The notes under the pieces were generated by a model. The model had not been told where the DNA came from. It saw only the letters and a program-made list of their open reading frames with translations, and made no database searches. From assembly GCA_964480775.1 (NCBI GenBank), contig CAYZRF010000016.1, positions 8,929 through 40,928 on the forward strand: 32,000 nucleotides of DNA, in the 5' to 3' direction. This document shows, one piece after another, positions 9,182 through 17,433 of this stretch (the stretch's first letter is position 1; each line of letters opens with the position of its first letter). The DNA is from an uncultured Nitrososphaerota archaeon. Its GTDB lineage: Archaea > Korarchaeota > Korarchaeia > Korarchaeales > Korarchaeaceae. A program made the position numbers and the translations under genes.

Positions 9182-10624
9182 ATGATCATGACAGATCTCT
9201 TGATAAAACACGGGTTTCTCCTCACTATGACGGGAGAAGGTGTAGGAATGATAGAGGACGGGGCGATCGCCATAGAAGAAGGAGTAATAGTTGCTGTAGG
9301 AAAGACTGACCAAGTTCTTAAAGAACATCCATCGGCCGACATAGAATACGATGCAAAACATAAGGCTGTGCTTCCAGGTTTTGTGGATGCTCATATTCAT
9401 ACAAGATTGACACTTCTAAGAGGAGAAGGGCAGGATGTACCGGAAATTGAATGGATGCTCAAAACGATGAAACCCTTTAATCGATATATCAGGGAAGAAC
9501 ACATAGTTAAGGGTTCAGCACTCGGAGTCCTAGAAGCGGTAAAATCTGGAACCACTTGTTTTTGCGATATAGGTAGGAATATGTCTCTATTGGCTGAAAA
9601 GGTGTATGAACCATCTGGAGTTAGGGCTGTTCTTGGAGAAACGATAAACGAGATGGGACCAGAGTCTATGAAGGATCCAAACGAGCTCTATGTATTTGAC
9701 AAGGAGGTTGGAGAAGTTTCATTCAAAAAAAGCATAGAACTCATTGAAAAGTGGAACGGAGCATCGAATGGCAGGATTACTTGCTTATTCGCGCCACATG
9801 CAGTGGATATGATGAGCAAAGAACTGCTTCTTAGAGTAAAAGAGGAAGCAGGGCGAAGAGGGCTTATGACCCACATACATGTAGCTCAAGGCGGAAGAGA
9901 GGAGATTCAAGTGAGGAAGAGATATGGAAAATCCGCGGTAGCTTTTCTGGATGAGATAGGCTTTCTAGACTCGAGCATCATTGCTGCGCATTGCCATCAA
10001 ACAACAGACGAGAAAGTAAAACTGATTGCAGAAAAAGGGGTGCATTATGTCAGCTGTCCTTCATCAATAGGGTTAATTGATGGAATAACCCCGCCTTTAG
10101 GTCTCTATTTGATGTTCAGAGGGACCGCTGCAGGTATAGGAACCGATCAGGCTAGTGGAAACAACAGTCATAACATGCTCGTTGAAATGAAGGTAGCAGC
10201 TCTCCTCAACAAGACCAGACATAGAGATCCTACCGTCCTGCCAGCTTGGAAGGTGCTAAGGATAGCAACTATTGAGGGGGCACGTTGTTTGGGACTGGAT
10301 AATATGATTGGATCATTGGAGCCAGGAAAAAGGGCAGACATAGTTATACTCGACTTAAAGAGACCTCATATGACGCCCGTGATAACAGACCCAGTGAGGA
10401 ATATAGCTCCCAACATCGTGTATAGTGCTAGGGGAGATGAAATCGAAACTGTGATAGTAGACGGGAAGGTAATAGTTGAAAACGGCAAAGTTCTGACACT
10501 AGACGAAGAAAAAGTCATGCAAGATGCTCAGAAAGCAGCTGAAGAAGTTACAAGTGCTGCTTCTGATGAATATAAGAAAGCAGGATCAAGGTTAGTCTGG
10601 GCAATGGAACAAAAACTCCTCTAA
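9182..10624 (+). CDS. Amidohydrolase, ATZ/TRZ / MtaD / SsnA-like deaminase-chlorohydrolase subgroup
   Basis: 480 aa. LLIKHGFLLTM...IEDGAIAIEEGVIVAVG, LPGFVDAHIHT, THIHVAQ, AAHC.H, GTDQASGNNSHNM, and GSLEPGKRADIVILD. Substrate cannot be determined from sequence. Confidence 0.7.
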   Translation: MIMTDLLIKHGFLLTMTGEGVGMIEDGAIAIEEGVIVAVGKTDQVLKEHPSADIEYDAKHKAVLPGFVDAHIHTRLTLLRGEGQDVPEIEWMLKTMKPFNRYIREEHIVKGSALGVLEAVKSGTTCFCDIGRNMSLLAEKVYEPSGVRAVLGETINEMGPESMKDPNELYVFDKEVGEVSFKKSIELIEKWNGASNGRITCLFAPHAVDMMSKELLLRVKEEAGRRGLMTHIHVAQGGREEIQVRKRYGKSAVAFLDEIGFLDSSIIAAHCHQTTDEKVKLIAEKGVHYVSCPSSIGLIDGITPPLGLYLMFRGTAAGIGTDQASGNNSHNMLVEMKVAALLNKTRHRDPTVLPAWKVLRIATIEGARCLGLDNMIGSLEPGKRADIVILDLKRPHMTPVITDPVRNIAPNIVYSARGDEIETVIVDGKVIVENGKVLTLDEEKVMQDAQKAAEEVTSAASDEYKKAGSRLVWAMEQKLL

Positions 10625-10653
10625 AAAACGTTTAGAAATGCCACCTTAGTTTG

Positions 10654-10680
10654 GCTATAGTTGTGAAATATAGCTTTGTT
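10654..10680. terminator. Possible bidirectional terminator hairpin between convergent genes
   Basis: GCTATA (10654-10659) and TATAGC (10669-10674) form a 6-bp stem with a 9-nt loop, followed by TTTGTT. It lies in the 66-bp gap between the amidohydrolase and livF stops. The stem is short, so support is weak. Confidence 0.25.
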
Positions 10681-10690
10681 GTCTAGTGCA

Positions 10691-11404
10691 TCAAGACACG
10701 ATGCCTAGATAGAGCTTTCCAAGCTCAGGGTGAGCTAGTAGCTCCTTGGCATCTCCCTCAAACACGACTCTACCACTTACAAGCAGGTAAGCTCTATCTC
10801 CTATTTCAAGTGCCTTTTTCGCACTTTGTTCTACCATAATGATGGTTAAGCCGAGTCGTTCCTTCAATTCTACTATTTTCTGGATAACTTCGAAAGCAAT
10901 CCTTGGAGCAAGATGGGCTGTTGGCTCGTCAAACATCATTACTTTTGGCTCCATGATAAGAGCCATTGCCATCGCGAGCATTTGTCTTTCTCCTCCACTT
11001 AACGTCCTGGCTTTCCTTGGCATATAGTGCTTAATGCTGGGAAACACATCAAGAGCCATCTCCAATCTCTTTTCAAACTCATCTTTGTTTTTTATAAGGT
11101 AGCCAGCCATTATGAAGTTTTCTTTGACTGTTAGATTTGTAAATGTGCTTTGAAGTTGTGGTAGATAAGTAATTCCTATCTTTGCCCTTTCATGTGCGGG
11201 AACAGACGTTATCACACTATCTCTAAACTTAATTTCACCAGAGTATATGTCAGTTAACCCCATTATTGTTTTTAGCAAAGTTGATTTCCCACTTCCATTT
11301 GGTCCCACTATTACAGTGATCTCTTCAGGATTTGCAACAAAGTTTACGTCATAAAGGACGTGGATCTTACCATACCCTGCATTTAACAAATTTGTTTCGA
11401 TCAT
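10691..11404 (-). CDS. livF: Branched-chain/hydrophobic amino-acid ABC transporter ATP-binding protein (LivF type)
   Basis: 237 aa. Walker A GPNGSGKST, signature LSGGERQMLAMA, Walker B MMFDEPTAHLAP, and the C-terminal ELL.HPEL.K.YLG motif typical of LivF. Confidence 0.85.
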   Translation of the reverse strand: MIETNLLNAGYGKIHVLYDVNFVANPEEITVIVGPNGSGKSTLLKTIMGLTDIYSGEIKFRDSVITSVPAHERAKIGITYLPQLQSTFTNLTVKENFIMAGYLIKNKDEFEKRLEMALDVFPSIKHYMPRKARTLSGGERQMLAMAMALIMEPKVMMFDEPTAHLAPRIAFEVIQKIVELKERLGLTIIMVEQSAKKALEIGDRAYLLVSGRVVFEGDAKELLAHPELGKLYLGIVS

Positions 11405-11412
11405 GCTTTCAC

Positions 11413-12168
11413 CTAACCCAAATAGGACTCTATTACTTTCGGATCGTTTAAGACTTCGTCAGGCTCTCCATGAGAAATTACCTTGCCCTCAGCCATTGCA
11501 TACACATAATCTACGTACTGCATAGCGATATCTAGCCTGTGTTCGATTATGATGAAAGTAAGACCTAACTCGTCCCTTAATCTTCTTATATGAGAGAAGA
11601 TTTCGTGAGCCAGAACAGGATTAACGCTTCCAGCAGGCTCGTCCATCATTATGGTTTCAGCACCAGTCATTAAGGTTCTTCCAATCTCTAATAATTTCAA
11701 TTGTCCTCCGCTAAGCTCAAAAGAAGGTCTGTCCCATAGGTGATCTAACTTGAGAAGGCAAAGAATCTCAAAAGCCTTTTCGGCCATCTTTTTCTCATAT
11801 TCTAACCATTTTTTCGAGAAGAGCGACCGAAGAAGATCTTCGCCAGGATTATGGGATGCGGTGAGTAAGTTCTCAAGGACAGTTAATTTTTGGAATGGTT
11901 GAGGAATTTGAAAAGTTCTAACTAAGCCGGTCCTTGCAATCAAATGAGGTGGTTTTCTCGTTATATCAATTCCTTTGTATACAATTTTTCCTTCATCAGG
12001 TTTGTAGAAGCCAGAAATACAATTAATTAATGTAGTTTTCCCACTTCCATTTGGTCCTATTATCAAAGATATCTCTTTGTCCTTAAAAACCATATCGACA
12101 CAATCTACAGCTTTTAGAGCACCAAAAGATTTAGAAAGTGAATGAATCTCAAGTTTTTGTCCTTGCAT
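11413..12168 (-). CDS. livG: Branched-chain/hydrophobic amino-acid ABC transporter ATP-binding protein (LivG type)
   Basis: 251 aa. Walker A GPNGSGKTT, RTFQ.PQPF motif, signature LSGGQLKLLEI, Walker B MMDEPAGSVNP, and C-terminal V.NDPKVIESYLG typical of LivG. Confidence 0.85.
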   Translation of the reverse strand: MQGQKLEIHSLSKSFGALKAVDCVDMVFKDKEISLIIGPNGSGKTTLINCISGFYKPDEGKIVYKGIDITRKPPHLIARTGLVRTFQIPQPFQKLTVLENLLTASHNPGEDLLRSLFSKKWLEYEKKMAEKAFEILCLLKLDHLWDRPSFELSGGQLKLLEIGRTLMTGAETIMMDEPAGSVNPVLAHEIFSHIRRLRDELGLTFIIIEHRLDIAMQYVDYVYAMAEGKVISHGEPDEVLNDPKVIESYLG

Positions 12169-12191
12169 TTCTGGCCTATTCGAGAAGATCG

Positions 12192-12202
12192 AAATTTATA
12201 AG
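12192..12202 (-). promoter_or_regulatory. TATA-like element upstream of livG (internal promoter)
   Basis: Plus-strand AAATTTATAAG (minus strand CTTATAAATTT) sits 24-34 nt upstream of the livG ATG (12168), consistent with a near-leaderless archaeal transcript. The same 11-mer recurs at 13702-13712. Confidence 0.35.
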
Positions 12203-12298
12203 CCTTCCTCTCCTACCACCGGCGAGGCCATGATAGGAAAACCTATACAATCAATTACTAAAAAGATTCAAGATAAATTTTCCTAAGTTTAGAGTTTT

Positions 12299-12317
12299 AA
12301 AAAAGGAGGGGGAGGAT
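12299..12317 (-). terminator. Oligo-T tract immediately after the Liv binding-protein gene
   Basis: The minus strand reads TAA-ATCCTCCCCCTCC-TTTTTT directly after the stop at 12318-12320. A T6 run is the usual archaeal termination signal. It would uncouple binding-protein expression from livG/livF. Confidence 0.3.
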
Positions 12318-13670
12318 TTAAGAACCAAGCCCTACCTCCGCTGGAATAGTGACGTACCAAGTCACGCTATCTGAGAGCGGATCGTACACTCCAGCAAGAA
12401 CCCAGTTCGGTTTACCTGGGCTGTACTGTTCAGTTCCTGGGCCGTACAGCCATTCATAGTCTTCTGGATTTTCTAATTCTCCTGGGTCATAGACTGCCCA
12501 TATGTTGTATATTGAGGCTGCTCTATCTCCATCTTCGTTGAGAAGACACCATCCACTTACACCAAAGTAGGAGGCAGCAACTTGTGGTATGGCTTCCTTG
12601 ACGACTTTAGGATCAGTGGATCCTGTCTCCAATATTGCCTTGGCAAATATCCATATGCTGTCGTAAAGATAACAGGCATATGTTCCTGGCACGTATCCTA
12701 CCTTCGGAATGAATTTCTCCTCGAATCTCTTGTACACATCAGATTTAGTAACACCAGCGTATGTTGAAAAGTGCCTGGTTGCCAATGCTGTATCTGGCTG
12801 TTCCTCTAATAGCTTAGTAGATCTAACATACCCGTCGTTTCCAAACCAAGGTATGCTCATAAGTGCAGGATAATCTCTAGCGGTCGCTTGAATTGTGGAG
12901 ATCTCTTCAAAACCAATGACTTCAACAGTTACAGCATCTTGCCCATACGTCTCAATTGCTTGCTGAACAGCATCATTTATTGCAGATACTTCTGCGGAAA
13001 AGTCTGTTTTATCAGGGTCATACCTTATGTATTCGATGATGGTGCCCCCTAGCTCTTCAAATCTGTTCTTGAACGCTGAATAAAGACCGTCTCCCCAGTC
13101 GTCTCCTCTCTGCAATACAGCCACTGCCCTTATTCCATAATCCCACAACATTCTTGCCATGGCAGGACCCTGAAGAAGATCGGTTGGGGGCAATCTGAAG
13201 AGGTTGTCCCCCGGGATTGCAATTTTCGGAGAAGTGGATCCGTCGCTTATCATGATTATATCATTGTCGTTTGCATATTCTAGGCATGCTTTGCAATGTG
13301 AACTCCATCTCATCCCAGTTACAAAGTGAACACCTTTTGCGTACAAGCTCTGCATTTTCTCAAGTGCTGTAACAGCAGAGCCTTCTGCACATTCTATATA
13401 TGCCTTAAATGTGACATTTAGGCCGATACTCTTGCAGTAATTGTTCACATCCTCTAGAGCAATTTCGATGACCGGTTCCTCCCACTCCATCCCAGCAACG
13501 CTGGCGCCTATGTGGCCCAGCCAGATAGTCTTTCCCTCAAGAGGATGTTTTTCTACTGGAACCTCAACTTGCTTTACCTTCGATGGCGCCGCTCGCGTAC
13601 CAATGGGATATCCAATTACCAGTCCGATGATGAGGGCAACAAGGATATACCCAACGATTTTGGATTCCAT
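12318..13670 (-). CDS. Type-I periplasmic-binding-fold (LivJ/family-4-like) amino-acid ABC substrate-binding protein, N-terminally membrane anchored
   Basis: 450 aa. N-terminal hydrophobic helix IVGYILVALIIGLVIGYPIG, then an alternating beta-alpha pattern with GHIGASVAG ... AECAEGSAVTALEKM ... VTGMRWSS typical of Leu/Ile/Val-binding-protein-like receptors. Divergent from livH and upstream of livG/livF. Confidence 0.7.
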   Translation of the reverse strand: MESKIVGYILVALIIGLVIGYPIGTRAAPSKVKQVEVPVEKHPLEGKTIWLGHIGASVAGMEWEEPVIEIALEDVNNYCKSIGLNVTFKAYIECAEGSAVTALEKMQSLYAKGVHFVTGMRWSSHCKACLEYANDNDIIMISDGSTSPKIAIPGDNLFRLPPTDLLQGPAMARMLWDYGIRAVAVLQRGDDWGDGLYSAFKNRFEELGGTIIEYIRYDPDKTDFSAEVSAINDAVQQAIETYGQDAVTVEVIGFEEISTIQATARDYPALMSIPWFGNDGYVRSTKLLEEQPDTALATRHFSTYAGVTKSDVYKRFEEKFIPKVGYVPGTYACYLYDSIWIFAKAILETGSTDPKVVKEAIPQVAASYFGVSGWCLLNEDGDRAASIYNIWAVYDPGELENPEDYEWLYGPGTEQYSPGKPNWVLAGVYDPLSDSVTWYVTIPAEVGLGS

Positions 13671-13699
13671 TAAAGGATCACTGCATGAAGTTAATTTCC

Positions 13700-13709
13700 A
13701 TAAATTTAT
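13700..13709. promoter_or_regulatory. Palindromic TATA-like element in the 52-bp divergent intergenic region
   Basis: ATAAATTTAT is a perfect 10-bp palindrome and the only strong A/T box between the binding-protein gene (start 13670, minus) and livH (plus). Geometry fits a TSS near 13680 on the minus strand and near 13735 on the plus strand. Confidence 0.35.
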
Positions 13710-13722
13710 AAGTTTTCCCTAA

Positions 13723-14766
13723 ATGGGGACAACTCAACATTTTCTTGCACGTGAAGAGGTTGTAGAAATGTTTCCCCCAATTATTAAGGACGCAGTGATC
13801 TATGCTAATCTCATCCTTATGTTAGCAATAGGATTTACTTTAACATATCTAATCGCAAAGATCCCTAACTTTGCTCATGGCACATTTGCTGGCGTAGGTA
13901 TTTACACAACTTTTTGGGTCGCAAGGCTCAAAGGTTTGAATCCATATTTATCTCCACCATTAGCCTTTATTCTAGGGGCTCTGCTAGGAACATTTGTATT
14001 TGTAGTTGTTATTCAGACTCTAAGGAAGTACAGGGCAACCCCAATATCCCTTACAATATCAACGATAGCCCTCGACATAATACTTGTGGCCCTATTGAAC
14101 ATTTATGCTGACTATGTAAGGCAAACGAGGGAAGAAACAATCTACTCAAGGGGCTTTCAATTGAGGAGATTTGATTTCAAAATTTTTAACTTACCGGGTG
14201 TGTTAATAGTTACTACCATACTAATAGCAGTATTGATAATTCTTATTCATTTGATGCTAACGAAAACAAAATTTGGAATAGCTCTTAGGGCAACCGTTGA
14301 GAACTCTGATCTTGCTACAATGATGGGAGTGAATGTAGACCGAGTATCAACCTTTTCTTGGTTCATTACGGGAGGACTGGCAGCGCTATCCGGATCTTTT
14401 TTGCCTCTATGGTTCCAAGGGTATCCAGCAACTGGAAGCCTGCTTATGACTAGCGTTTTTGCAGCAAGCATCTTGGGAGGTGTAAGCAGCATTTACGGAG
14501 CTATGATAGGAGGTTACACTATCGGCCTTTCCGAAATTTTGATAACTTACCTTCTTGCGAGGTACGTTAGTGGTAGCTTGGCAGCCTATAGGTTACTAAT
14601 TCCTCTATCCATACTTTCGATAACCCTCCTAATTGCCCCAACAGGTATAATGGGTCTCGTAGAGAAATACAGAGCAAAGAAGGCAACGGTAGCAAGAGAG
14701 GAGATGGGAAGGCCCGAGAAGGGTGAGGATCTTACAGAAAAAGGAAGGGAGGTTGTGGAAGGTTGA
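13723..14766 (+). CDS. livH: Branched-chain amino-acid ABC transporter permease (LivH type)
   Basis: 347-aa polytopic membrane protein. The ALRATVENSDLATMMGVNVDRV motif is the conserved LivH cytoplasmic loop. The likely true start is the ATG at 13768 (MFPPIIKDAVIYANL...), preceded by GAGGT at 13755-13759, because the first ATG lies too close to the TATA element. Confidence 0.8.
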   Translation: MGTTQHFLAREEVVEMFPPIIKDAVIYANLILMLAIGFTLTYLIAKIPNFAHGTFAGVGIYTTFWVARLKGLNPYLSPPLAFILGALLGTFVFVVVIQTLRKYRATPISLTISTIALDIILVALLNIYADYVRQTREETIYSRGFQLRRFDFKIFNLPGVLIVTTILIAVLIILIHLMLTKTKFGIALRATVENSDLATMMGVNVDRVSTFSWFITGGLAALSGSFLPLWFQGYPATGSLLMTSVFAASILGGVSSIYGAMIGGYTIGLSEILITYLLARYVSGSLAAYRLLIPLSILSITLLIAPTGIMGLVEKYRAKKATVAREEMGRPEKGEDLTEKGREVVEG

Positions 14767-15839
14767 ATTCTGAGACCTTTCTGGTTTTCGTTCTTGATAT
14801 TATTTCATTTTACGCGGCGTACCTTATAGTCGTCATCAGCCTAAACTTGCAATATGGTTACTCTGGCATCCCTAACTTCGGACTAGCTTTCTCAGTAGCT
14901 GGGGGAGCCTATGTCACAGGAGCTCTCACTGGAAGAATAGCAATGTGGTACTACGGGATAGATTCTGGTCTTGACTTCATAGACGATAACTCGTTCGTCA
15001 CAGATATGATAAATGAACACCTAGCTAAGGACCCAAAAGGAGCGATGCTGATCTTCTTCCTAATGTTATTGATATGTATAGGCGCCAACGCTTTGCTTGG
15101 GTTCATAGCAGCATATCCAGCCATTAGGTTGAGAGCAGACTACTTGATGATGACTTTAATTGCAATGGCCGAAGGAATTAGGGTTATTGGAGTGAACTAT
15201 AAGAGGCTAGTCGGAGCGACATTTTGGATACACGTACCAGACCTCTTTGCGTGGTTAGGAGAATATAGAAGATTAGTTGTAACCCTAACAGCCTTAGGAT
15301 TTTCGTTCATGGTACTGTTTTTAGTGCACTTAATTGTAAACTCTCCAGCTGGAAGGCTTATAAAGGCTATGAGGGAAAACGAACTCACCGCTGAATCGGT
15401 AGGGAAGGATATTACAAGACTTAGAATGAAAATTGTGGTTCTAGGCGCCGTTTTAGCGTCATTTGCTGGCTTCTGGTGGTCAATCCTTAATGGCGTGGTT
15501 CTTTCAGCGGCTTATACTAGGAACGATTGGACGTTTTGGCCTTGGCTGATGCTCATGATTGGCGGAAGAGGAAATAACTTTGGCTCAGCGGTGGGAACAG
15601 GAGCTGTGATCCTGCTCAGGAGATTTATCATATATTACAAACACAGTCTTGAGCAATACATACCCTTCTCCGTCATCTGGCTGGAACGGATCCTATTAGG
15701 AACTGCTCTGATTATAATCATAACGTTCAGGCCAGAAGGCCTAATTCCTGAGAGGCCAATAATTGTGAGGGGAATAAAGAACTATCGCAGATTCTTAGAC
15801 AAGATAAAAGGCAAGAAAGGTAAAGATAGTAATGGCTGA
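14763..15839 (+). CDS. livM: Branched-chain amino-acid ABC transporter permease (LivM type)
   Basis: 358-aa polytopic membrane protein. The IKAMRENELTAESVGKDITRLRMK loop is typical of LivM. The TTG start overlaps the livH stop (TTGA), indicating translational coupling. Confidence 0.8.
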   Translation: MNSETFLVFVLDIISFYAAYLIVVISLNLQYGYSGIPNFGLAFSVAGGAYVTGALTGRIAMWYYGIDSGLDFIDDNSFVTDMINEHLAKDPKGAMLIFFLMLLICIGANALLGFIAAYPAIRLRADYLMMTLIAMAEGIRVIGVNYKRLVGATFWIHVPDLFAWLGEYRRLVVTLTALGFSFMVLFLVHLIVNSPAGRLIKAMRENELTAESVGKDITRLRMKIVVLGAVLASFAGFWWSILNGVVLSAAYTRNDWTFWPWLMLMIGGRGNNFGSAVGTGAVILLRRFIIYYKHSLEQYIPFSVIWLERILLGTALIIIITFRPEGLIPERPIIVRGIKNYRRFLDKIKGKKGKDSNG

Positions 15840-15841
15840 AG

Positions 15842-17413
15842 TTGAAAGAGTCTAAATGCGAGTCAACAAAAAGCGGCAGTTCACGGAACAAACTAAGTAG
15901 AGCGCTATTTATTCTACTACTACTTTTTATTTTCTTTTTTTCATTAGAAATAAAGGTAAAAAAGCCTTATAGGTTGGAAGAGCTGTCTATCGTTTGGTTA
16001 GAAGATGCTAAAACCATAGATCCAATCAAAGCCGAAGATCCACAATCCATAGAACTCGTTATAAATATTTATGACAGACTCCTTCAATATGGGATTAAGA
16101 GTCGGGGAAATGTGCGATCTATAGATCCAGAAAATTTTGTGTCGTCTCTTGCTGAGAATTTTGAAGTTGCTGGAGGAGGAAAATGCTATACTTTTAAGCT
16201 GAGAAAGGATGTAAAGTTTCATGACGGTTCCCTTCTAACTTCAGAGGACGTCAAATTCTCCTTTGAAAGGTTATCTTCAATGGATGAAAAGTTCGGGAGC
16301 ATGGTAGAGAAAATTGAAACAATCGACTCATATACGATTAGAGTTGTGTTAAAAGCTCCGAATTCCCTTTTTCTCCATTATATCTGTAGCTACAAAGCAA
16401 GTATAGTGAAGAGTGGCTTTTCGGAGGAGATTAATTCAGGAAGTGGTCCCTATAAGATAGTTGAATGGATAAAAGGGGAAAAAATCGTTTTAGAAGCAGT
16501 AAAAGGCCATTTTTTAGATCCTAAGTTCGATAAGGTCATTATAAGAATTGTGAAGAGTACAAAGATTTTAGAGTCCATGCTAATTGGCGGAGAAGCTAGT
16601 GGCCCATCAATGATTCCTTTGGAGGATTTAGAAGTTATGAGAAAAAGTAAGAACCTAAAAACGATAGAAGCTCCAACTTTTGACGTAATACTCTTTGTTC
16701 TAAATTGCAATAAGAACCCCTTCAACAACTCAAAAGTTCGACAAGCAATGGTCTGGGCAGTTCCTACTGAAAGAATAAAAGAAGTTGTTTTTCATGACGC
16801 TGGAACTAATGCAAGAAGCGTAATACCGGAAAAATTGCCGGAGCACAACTCGACTTTTCAGAAGTACTCTTACAATACTACAGAGGCTAAAAGGCTTATA
16901 TTTCAATCCAAAACAAGATCAGAGATCGTCATCTCGATGACGGTTCCCTTGGGTGATCCTAAGCAAATCGAAGTAGGATCGCTCCTTCAGATAGCTACAG
17001 ATTCCATTGGAGTGAGGCTGATCATATCTCAAGAGGAAGTTAGCGAGTATAAAGAGACTTTAAAGAGAGGAGAGTTTCAAATGGCTCTAATATGGAAGAG
17101 GAACCTATTCCCAGATTCTGCAGAAATTCTTAAAGAAATCTTCTTAAATGACTCAATTCAATATTCCTTTTACTCAGATTCTAGGCTTAATGAGCTTATT
17201 ATGGAGGCATTTCAGCTATCAGGTTCGGCAAGAAAGAGGGTTCTAACAGAAGCCCAAGCCATTATAGCCGAAGAAGTACCTGTAATCCCCGTTTTATATC
17301 CTGTAGATATTCTCTTGGCAAATAAAGCGATCGAAGGTTATGTACACTATCCAGATAAAGCCTTAAGATATTGGGAGCTATATCGGAGCAATACAAATGG
17401 AAGTAAAAATTAA
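15842..17413 (+). CDS. ABC transporter substrate-binding protein, family 5 (peptide/opine/nickel, DppA/OppA-like); orphan
   Basis: 523 aa. TTG start 2 nt after the livM stop, N-terminal anchor LSRALFILLLLFIFFFSL. Family-5 hallmarks: DPIKAEDPQSIELVINIYDRLLQY, YTFKLRKDVKFHDGSLLTSEDVKFSFER, GSGPYKIVEWIKGEKIVLEA. Confidence 0.75.
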   Translation: MKESKCESTKSGSSRNKLSRALFILLLLFIFFFSLEIKVKKPYRLEELSIVWLEDAKTIDPIKAEDPQSIELVINIYDRLLQYGIKSRGNVRSIDPENFVSSLAENFEVAGGGKCYTFKLRKDVKFHDGSLLTSEDVKFSFERLSSMDEKFGSMVEKIETIDSYTIRVVLKAPNSLFLHYICSYKASIVKSGFSEEINSGSGPYKIVEWIKGEKIVLEAVKGHFLDPKFDKVIIRIVKSTKILESMLIGGEASGPSMIPLEDLEVMRKSKNLKTIEAPTFDVILFVLNCNKNPFNNSKVRQAMVWAVPTERIKEVVFHDAGTNARSVIPEKLPEHNSTFQKYSYNTTEAKRLIFQSKTRSEIVISMTVPLGDPKQIEVGSLLQIATDSIGVRLIISQEEVSEYKETLKRGEFQMALIWKRNLFPDSAEILKEIFLNDSIQYSFYSDSRLNELIMEAFQLSGSARKRVLTEAQAIIAEEVPVIPVLYPVDILLANKAIEGYVHYPDKALRYWELYRSNTNGSKN

Positions 17414-17433
17414 GGATGGAAAGATAAAAATTG

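Noticed and set aside
12301-12315. AAAAGGAGGGGGAGG, which looks like a very strong Shine-Dalgarno sequence on the plus strand.
   Set aside because: No start codon or ORF follows on the plus strand. On the minus strand it is the C/T-rich sequence preceding a T6 tract right after the Liv binding-protein stop, so it is better explained as part of a terminator region.
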